Source of the DNA: Eledone cirrhosa
Lineage: Eukaryota
NCBI GenBank assembly: GCA_964016885.1
Contig: OZ024740.1
Location: 271,932,001-271,996,000 of the forward strand
Length of the DNA: 64,000 nt
Direction: 5' to 3'
Shown one piece after another: positions 55,557 to 64,000 of the stretch. The notes below the pieces were generated by a model. It searched no databases, was not told the origin of the DNA, and saw only the letters and a program-made list of their open reading frames with translations. Made by a program: the position numbers and the translations under genes. Each line of letters begins with the position of its first letter. The first letter of the stretch is position 1.

Positions 55557-56248
55557 ACAAACGCACATATTTATATATGGATGTGTATGTGTTTGTGTGT
55601 GTAGAGGTCGGTGGGGGCGTGAGTAAAAAGTAAAAGTAAAAAAGTACAGAAATATATTTAAAGATTATTATTTTCTTTCATCCGACAGAGTGAATATTTT
55701 TTTAATAAATATACATTAAGGGTATTTACATTTTGTTAAATTTCTTGAAGAAACTCTGACAGAAAATTCACATATGTTCTAATTGTCATCAAAATATGAG
55801 AACAAACGTCTTTTAATATTTGATAAGATTGATAAACCAATCGATGCGAATGGATTAGTAATAGCCCTACTTCACAGCCTAACGACTGAAGACAAAATAG
55901 GAAATATAAGATAGAGAAAAAAAATCATAGGAAGACACGGAGTAATATACAAACCCACACATGCACACATGCACACACGAAACACATACATATACCAATC
56001 ACAGAAACACACACACACAGGCGCAGACGTAAACACATGCACAGACAGGAAACTTACAACAGAAAGACAAGATGGAGTAAACAAAATAAGACCAGAAAGA
56101 AGAGGAAGCACAGAAGAAAGCAAATAGTCATTGAGGAGGTCACATAATATGTGACGAAAGAATTTCGACAATAACTAATAACAAAGCCAAAATGAAAATC
56201 AAATAGTGCTTGTTTTATAGGCAATATTGGAAACATGACCACCCCCAA

Positions 56249-56333
<85 letters not shown>

Positions 56334-56334
<1 letters not shown>

Positions 56335-57546
56335 TCCAGTTTCTGTGGAAGAAGCAGGCTCCGCTGGTGAGGAGATCCGTCTGCTGTCAGCACACTTCCA
56401 ACGGAGGGCTAGGAACGCCGTAGCTGATGATGCGCAAACATGCGCTGAGGCTGCGTAATCTCCAGGTATTCCTCACCGACCCCCCAACCGGCGTGGGCAC
56501 CGTTTGTAAGACAGGCTTTCCCACAGCTCGTCTCGCTGACGGAGCTGCAGTCCTGAGTCAAGAAAAGACCGAAAACGATGGGCGCCTGGCACATTGAATG
56601 CGCTCAGGCGCTCACAGTCCTCTGGCAAGCGGGCGCAGCAATCAGTGGAGACTCCACTTCGACATTCTATAGAGGGATTGTACGTTACAAGGGCGATGAC
56701 GTGCTCGGAGAGACTCTGGGCGTCGAAGACGATGAGCTCACCAGTCTGTTTGGCAGGACTTTCCGCCCGGGACCTATGGACAACTTCCAGAGGTCCCTGG
56801 CCTGGCAGTGCTACCGAGGAGCTCTACCGGTTCGTGACAAGATCTACAGGCACGGACGCTCCGGCAGGGATCCTTCCAAGAGGACGGGTCCAAGATGCGC
56901 GCAGGACATTGAAACCATCCTGCTCACAATTGTACACTGTCCGGGCGTAACAGATCTGTGGAACTATGCAGAACAACTGTTGTCGCGTATGGGACAAATC
57001 CAGTTGACTGCCAAGTCGATAGTAAGGATCAAACCGCCAACCTCCTTAAAAAACGAAAGAGAGGCGGTTTTCCTCTGTATAGTGGCTATGGTGAAAGAGG
57101 TTATATGACGGACGAGATTGAGAGGACTGAGAACAGATGCCTTTCTCTCTGGACAACAACTCATTCCCTTCTTTAGGTACCACTTTAGAAGGAGAATCAG
57201 AGTGGAGAGAGAGGCACTTCACCCCAGTAAATTTACTAAAAGGTGGGTGAATGTGGAAAAAATGGCCCGAGTGATTGGGCCTTCTCTGTATATAAACCTG
57301 TAGGTTGAAGAAGAGAGCAAAAGGAAGAAAGGAGCACTTGCACAACACGCTCCTGAAGTTGAGGGTTGTTCTATCGGCGGGGTATTAAACAACCCATTTG
57401 TGACGCTTCCCCCCATTGGGGATTTCGATTGTTATAATTGTTTGTTTATATTTTTTACACGACTGTATGTAAAATCCCAGGAATGTCTTTGTATTGTCCC
57501 CTTTTCTTGTGCGCCCTTGTGGCAAATAAAGAAATCTATCTATCTA
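56334..57546 (+). mobile_element. 5'-truncated Tx1-like LINE copy
   Basis: Close paralog of 60205-61378; begins directly after (CTAT)n; ends aataaagaaa-tctatctatcta. Confidence 0.88.
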
Positions 57547-60500
57547 AAGTTCCTATGGAAACTTACAACAAACTGAAAAACGAATTTTCGCAGGATGTTG
57601 GCAACCCCTGTCAAAAACCCATAAACCGAGTCCTATTAAAATGTTTACGCACCACACTCAACACCCCCAACAACACCCAAATGGAGATTGAACAACCCAA
57701 TCTCCAAAAAACGAAAAGGTAAGTGCATCTTTTCGTCCTTTTCGCCAACTCTTCTCCACCAACATGGCTAATTTACGAGTTGGAAGTGTGAATATGCGTG
57801 GCCAAGGGATGCCCTGGAAACAGGGCCAACTTTTAAACGACATTAGGTCACACGGTATGGATGTGATAGCCATCACCGAGTCCAGGATCCACAACAGGAA
57901 GCAACTAACCCCCATCTTTAATGACTTTGAGATCTACGCATCTCTCTGTCAGCCAGGAGGAAAAACCTGGACCTAGAAATACAGCATATACACTTGGATC
58001 CGGAAGGTAAACTGGTAGTCCTAGACGTGAACAGTATTGGAGGTGGAGTCTTCAGACTGGTGGCCGTTTATGCCCCGACTGGGCAATCGCGGCCAGACTT
58101 CTTTAAGCGTCTAGAGTCGTTTCTGGGAACGTCTCGCTCTTTGCTTTTAGTGGGGGACTGGAATGGATTCCTAGATGCATGTTAGGACTATGTAGGAACA
58201 TGTTCCAGTAGAGGGGTGTGCAACAGCCTTAAAACTTTAATCGGCCAATTCCAACTGGCCGATAGGTATCGACTAGATTTCCCGACTGCACCACAGTGGA
58301 CGTGGACAAATCTCAGCAGGACATCTAGATCGTATTTAGATAGGTTCTTTATTAGAGAGAGAGACAGGAAAATGTTAAGCTGTCCACAAATGTACATGGT
58401 TGCTTATTCAGACCACAAACTAGTCACCTGCATAGTCAACCATGATAGAATACATAGACAAGGACCCGGATACTGGTAGCTGAATATGTCGTTACCGATG
58501 CGTAAAGCCTACAGTAGACGGATAAGTAGATTAGTTAAGCAATGATTGACGGGAGCCATTGTCAACAATAGATGGTGGTACTCCCCCAAGAAAGCAATTA
58601 GAGTAGAGTCGATTGACTTTAGCAGAGAGTTAGCCTTAGAGAAAAACAAAAGAGAAACGGAACTAGTAGCCAAGGTAGAGGAGGCGCTTAGGAGTGGCAA
58701 CGCAGCTAGAGTGCTAGCAACGAGAACAGCACTAGACCAGTTCCTCGATACGAAACGCGAAGGCTGCGTGGTCAGGAGTAGATCACGTGCTCTAGGAAAC
58801 GAGGGAGCAAAAGCTGTTAGCTGGGCCCGAGTGGCAGAGGGGAAAAGTGGCAACAAGTCCACGATTCGGTGTTTGAAAGACCAAAACGGACGCGTACTAC
58901 TTGACTCCAAGCAGATGTGCACGGCTTTTCAGCGGCACTTTGCGCAATTGTTCGAGCAGAGCGGTGCGCCGAATGAGGCAATGGACTTCGGTTCATACCT
59001 CGACGGCCTGCCACGTCCTCGAGCATGGACGCCGAGTTCTGCGAAAGACCGATCACAGCCACTGAGATACGGGACACTCTGGGCAGCTGAGGGAAACGCA
59101 AATCACCCGGTCTAGATGGTCTACCCTATGAATTTTACATAGACATGCCGGACTTGTTCTCTTGCGTCCTCGAAGCCGTCTACTGCAACTGGCAGCAGAA
59201 CAGGAGAATTCCAAGTTCTGTAGGCAGGGGCGTAGTAACGCTGATCAGGAAAGATGAGAACAAGAGGGACGAAATAAGCAACTTTAGGCCCATAACTCTC
59301 CTAAACACAGAGTTAAAGATTTTGGCCAATGTGTCAACAACGAGGCTGGCGCTTGTCGTCGAGAACCTGGTGGGAAAAGCTCAAACGTGTGCAATTCCAT
59401 CCAGATCCATACACGACAACCTCCGCCTAATGCGATACATCATAGAGGGGGGTGGGGTGTAAACCCGGCTTCGGTGGGGCTCTGATCAATTTAGATCAAT
59501 CTAAGGCGTTCGATAGGGTGGACCATCGATACTTGGAAGCGGTTCTCAAGGCGGCCGGTTTTGGACCCGTTTTCAGAGGCTGGATCACAGCCATGCATAC
59601 CAACATTTGCTCGACGGTCAAGTGAACGGCTACCTATCGGAGCCGTTCGCAATCACGCGTTCCATCCGACAGGGATGTCCTCTCTCCTCCATTCTGTACG
59701 TATTGACTCTAGAGCCACTACTGCGGAGGTTGGAGCTTTTGCAAGGCATCCCGTTGGAACCGGGACTGCGGAAAGCGGCGTCGGCTTATGCTGACGACGT
59801 GACTGTAATGGTGTCGAAAACCTCGGAAATCGGGGCGATCGGCAACTTACTGCAGGAATACGAAAGGCTCACAGGAACAAAACTGAACCCGGACAAATCT
59901 GTTGGTTTGCAACTAGGAACGTGTAGAGGCAAACCGATGCCATCTGACAGCGTCGTCGGACGCTGGACGGAAGGACCGGTGAAATTGCTCGCGATCTGGT
60001 TCGGTCCGGACCTCCAGGTGGAGTAAACTGGAACGAGGTCACGGCCAAGGTATTTGCGCTCACCCAGAAGTGGGCAGAGTGCAAACTATCCTTGAAAGGT
60101 CGAGCGGTGGTGGCGAACACTTTCATAGCGTCCGTCATCTACTACCGCTTGAACGTCGTGCCTTGTCCCCGTGAATAGCTCACCAAGATGGAACGCATGC
60201 TCTTCCAATTCCTTTGGAAGAAGCAGGCTCCACTGGTGAGAAGATCCGTCTGCTGTCAGCACCCTTCCAACGGAGGGCTGGGAATGCCGTGACTGATGAT
60301 GCGCAAACACACGCTGAGGCTACGGCATCTCCAGGTATTCCTCATCGACCAACCGGTGTGGGCAGCGTCTCTGAGACAGGCTTTCCCGCAACTTCTCCCG
60401 CTGACGGAGCTGCAGTCCTGGGTAAAGCGGATACCGAAGAAAATGGGCGCCTGACACATTGAATGCGCTCAAGCGCTCACAGTCCTCTAGCAAGCGGGCA

Positions 60501-61378
60501 CGGCAATCAGTGGCGACCCCACTTGGACATTCTATAGAGGGATAATACGTTACAAGTGCGTCGACGTGCTCGGAGAGACTCTGGGCGTCGAAGACGACGA
60601 GCTCACCAGTCTGTTCGGTAGGACTATCTGCCCGGGACCTATGGACAACTTCCAAAGGTCCCTGGCCTGGCAGTGCTACCGATGAGTTCTACCAGTTTCA
60701 GACAAAATCTACAGGCACGGATGCCCCGGCAGGGATCCTTCCAAGAGGACGAGTCCCAGATGGGGGAAGGACATTGAAACCGCCTTGCACGCAATTGTAC
60801 ACTGCCCAGGCGTAACCGACTTGTGGAACTACGCAGAACAACTGCTGTCACGTATGGGACAAATCCAGTCGACTGCAGAGTCCATAGTAAGGATCAAACC
60901 GCCAACTTCTTTCAAAAACGAAAGAGAGGCGGTTTTCATCTGTATGGTGGCTATGGTAAAAGAGGTTATATGGTGGACAAGATCGAGAGGACTCATTCCC
61001 TTCTTTAGGTACCACTTTAGATGGAGAATCAGAGTGGAGAGAGACGCACTGTACCTCAGTAAATTTACTGAAAGGTGGGTGAATGTAGCAAAAATGGCCC
61101 GAGTGATTGGGCCTTCTCTGTATATAAACCTGTAGGTTGAAGAAGAGAGCAAAAGGAAGAAAGGAGCACTTGCATAACATGCTCCTGGAGTTGAGGGTTG
61201 TTCTATCCACGGGGTATAAAGCAACCCATTTGTAACGCCTTCCCCCTATTGGGGATTTCGATTGTTGAAATTGTTTGTTTTAAAAATATTTTTACACGAT
61301 TATAAAATCCCCGACATATGTCTTTGTATTGTCCCCTTTTCTTGTGCGCCCTTGTGGCAAATAAAGAAATATATCTAT
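57547..61378 (+). mobile_element. Tx1/L1-clade LINE, near full-length degraded ORF2 (APE, RT, zinc finger) with a probable ORF1 remnant
   Basis: GSVNMRG, AITES, VAVYAPT, VGDWN, SYLDR, SDHK, GPGYW, KSPGLDGLPYE, NFRPITLLN, DQSKAFDRVDH, IRQGCPLS, AYADDV; several stops and frameshifts. Confidence 0.93.
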
Positions 61379-61519
61379 ACACACGCACACACGTGTGTAA
61401 AGGAATGTTTATTTCTCCCGCCTGTTTATTTCTCACCCCTTTCTCTCTCATCGCTTTATATCTCTGTGTTCTTTAGTATTTTCACCTGCATTTCCTTCTC
61501 ATCTGAGCCTCTACCATAC

Positions 61520-61700
61520 ACCAAACCAAACCAAACCAAACCAAACCAAACCAGACCAAACCAAACCAAACCAAACCAAACCAGACCAAACCAAACCAAA
61601 CCAAACCAGACCAAACCAAACCAGACCAAACCAAACCAAACCAGACCAAACCAAACCAGACCAAACCAAACCAAACCAAGCCAAACCAAACCAAGCCAAC
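61520..61700 (+). repeat. (ACCAA/ACCAG)n pentanucleotide array
   Basis: Direct reading. Confidence 0.95.
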
Positions 61701-62677
61701 ATGGGAATCTCTACTTAGTCTCTGAACCCACTAGAAATCGCAATCAAATCATATCCTGCCATTTTGATATAAGAGAAAAACGCTTAAGTTAACATTAACC
61801 TGGGACCCTATTAAAAGAAGGGAAGATAGCCACAACTGAAATGCCTTTCATTATAGGCCTGCTCGGTGAAGGCTGGTTAACCTGGAGACTAAAAAACAAC
61901 ATATACTCAGCCATCAAGATATTTCTTAATTTTCTCTCCATCTTCCTTCTTCCTTTTTCATTATATCTCATTTTTTCCTCATCCGTAGGTCTGTTTAGCC
62001 GTGTAAAATAAAGTGTTAAAAGGCCACTTTGTCAGTATAAACAACAGATTATACTAAAATTTGTTTGTCGAACATTCAAAGATATTTCTGATGTTAGCAT
62101 AAATGGGGAAAAAAACGTCTTACGAAATTCTCACAGAAAAAAAAAAAAATGCAAAAAGACCCCCAAAAACTTTAAAAAGCTTACAACAAAAACAAAACAA
62201 AAATACATAAGAAAATAAACATGCAAATAAAATTAACAAAAGAAAGAAACTAAAACTGAAAGAAAATGAATCACGTGATTGATTCGTTTCTCGTTCCTAT
62301 CCGGTGATAAGCCAGTAAAAATAACGAAATATAAACGATCACTGTATAAATAAATATTATCTATTTCCTTAAGAATCTCGTTGTGTCCGTCAATATTTAG
62401 CAAAACTAAACACTACATCAATAAATCGGCATATATTCCAACTAAATGTTTGAACAATTTATAGATTCATATATTTATATACACCATTAAAACCTCGCTG
62501 TTTTTCTGGGTAAGATTTTCAGTTCTTCCATTTCCGTTATTTTCCGTCTGAACGGAAGTTAAAGTAGCATATTCTCTATTTTGTTTTTGTTCGTTTATTT
62601 TTATACGTCCTTTTTTTTTTATTTATTGGTACTCACAATTTTATTTCATGACCGACCGCTAAAAGGACACCATTTGA

Positions 62678-62814
<137 letters not shown>

Positions 62815-63099
62815 CACAAAGGGAATGGATCTGCGTCAGTTTCTACAATAAGTTTCTTAGTTTGTTTGATCAACCAAACTATCTACTCATTGAATTACGA
62901 GGGTCGGCTGAAAAGTTCATAGGCTGACTATGAAGGAGTGTGTTAGAGCTGTGAAATCTTGGCGGTAGTCATAACCTTAAAAAAATTCAGAGCGGAAGGT
63001 TGTCAAATATTTTTCATAAACATCCTGTATACAACACTTACATATATGTGTATAACGCTATGTTGGAGCACCTATATATTTATATATTTATGCAATTAT

Positions 63100-63157
63100 A
63101 CACCTGATGATGTCACCGGGTTCATAGGTAACCGGGCCACTGAAATGTGCATAGTGT
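63100..63157 (+). ncRNA. Type I minimal hammerhead motif
   Basis: acac-CTGATGA(63104)-...-GAAA(63142)-tgtgca-TA-gtgt; stem II imperfect. Confidence 0.6.
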
Positions 63158-63170
63158 TTGCTGTAATAAT

Positions 63171-63356
63171 TGTTTCTACTTTAGGCACAAGGCCAGCAAA
63201 TACCCAGTGCATTACTGGTACTTTATTTTATCGACCCCGTAAGGATGAAAGGCAAAGTCAACCTCGGCGGGATTTGAACTCAGATCGTAAAGGGACGTAA
63301 CTATGCTGGAAAGCATGGCGTCCGACCCTCTACCGATACTGCCAATCCTCCGCCCT
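63171..63356 (-). mobile_element. tRNA-derived SINE with 17-bp target-site duplication
   Basis: gtgtttgctgtaataat at 63154-63170 and 63359-63375. Confidence 0.85.
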
Positions 63357-63900
63357 TTGTGTTTGCTGTAATAATGAAAATTTAAAGGAATAAAAACTGT
63401 CCGGCCTCCTGTCAATTTACCTTATAATATATATATATATATATTAACCTGCCATTGAACCACATTGGCATATGGTTGGACAATACATGTGTCCCTGGAC
63501 GCTTTTTGCGTGTAGGGATATATACTTTATTATTATTATTCTCCTCTTGGTCGAGAAAAAATTTGGTCGTTTTGACTGCTGCTAGTTATAGTGGTACTAG
63601 ACTGACCTCCCTGCCTTTGCTTCTATCTTTACACACGGCACTGGACGGAATTGATTCCACATCATTTATTCTCATCTCGGGAACAATTTTGAATAACGCC
63701 AGTTCGTAATTTGAACTCGGGAATTTTATATTCTCCGAGTGAAAAGATCCTTCTGATGAGAGTTTATCTTTGCAATGGATGGCCGCAAGGACTGTCCGTT
63801 TGTTTTTGAGACTCGAAACCGATTCGGTAAAGGTAACCATAGCGAGTCAATTAATTTTTTTAAATTTATTTTGAAACTTTTTCTTATTTGCTAAACGTTG

Positions 63901-63980
<80 letters not shown>

Positions 63981-64000
63981 CATATATATATACATATATA

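Overview
Eukaryotic, AT-rich, microsatellite-dense genomic DNA; the repeat landscape suggests a cephalopod, probably Octopus (inference from memory, not searched). Two convergent genes are supported. One is the last coding exon of a ZNF236-like C2H2 zinc-finger gene (+, 80-456). The other is a complete 10-exon SLC22/organic-cation-transporter-like MFS gene (-, 42624->3896) that I assembled by hand: all introns are GT-AG, phases are consistent, and the CDS is 2850 nt (949 aa). Its exon 5 is 1401 nt and adds ~400 aa of low-complexity sequence to the central TM6-TM7 cytoplasmic loop. Non-coding DNA holds about 15 type-I minimal hammerhead ribozyme motifs (about 10 with intact core), often in palindromes and tied to Penelope-like (Naiad-type GIY-YIG) fragments; four intact ones lie in sense orientation in SLC22 intron 5. 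Three non-LTR families (Tx1-like, RTE, R4/Dong-like) sit inside specific tetranucleotide microsatellites at both ends. Also present: tRNA-derived SINEs, MITEs, a non-autonomous Helitron, a Tc1/mariner fragment and 22-bp and 52-bp tandem arrays. Most ORFs in the supplied track are microsatellite artefacts.
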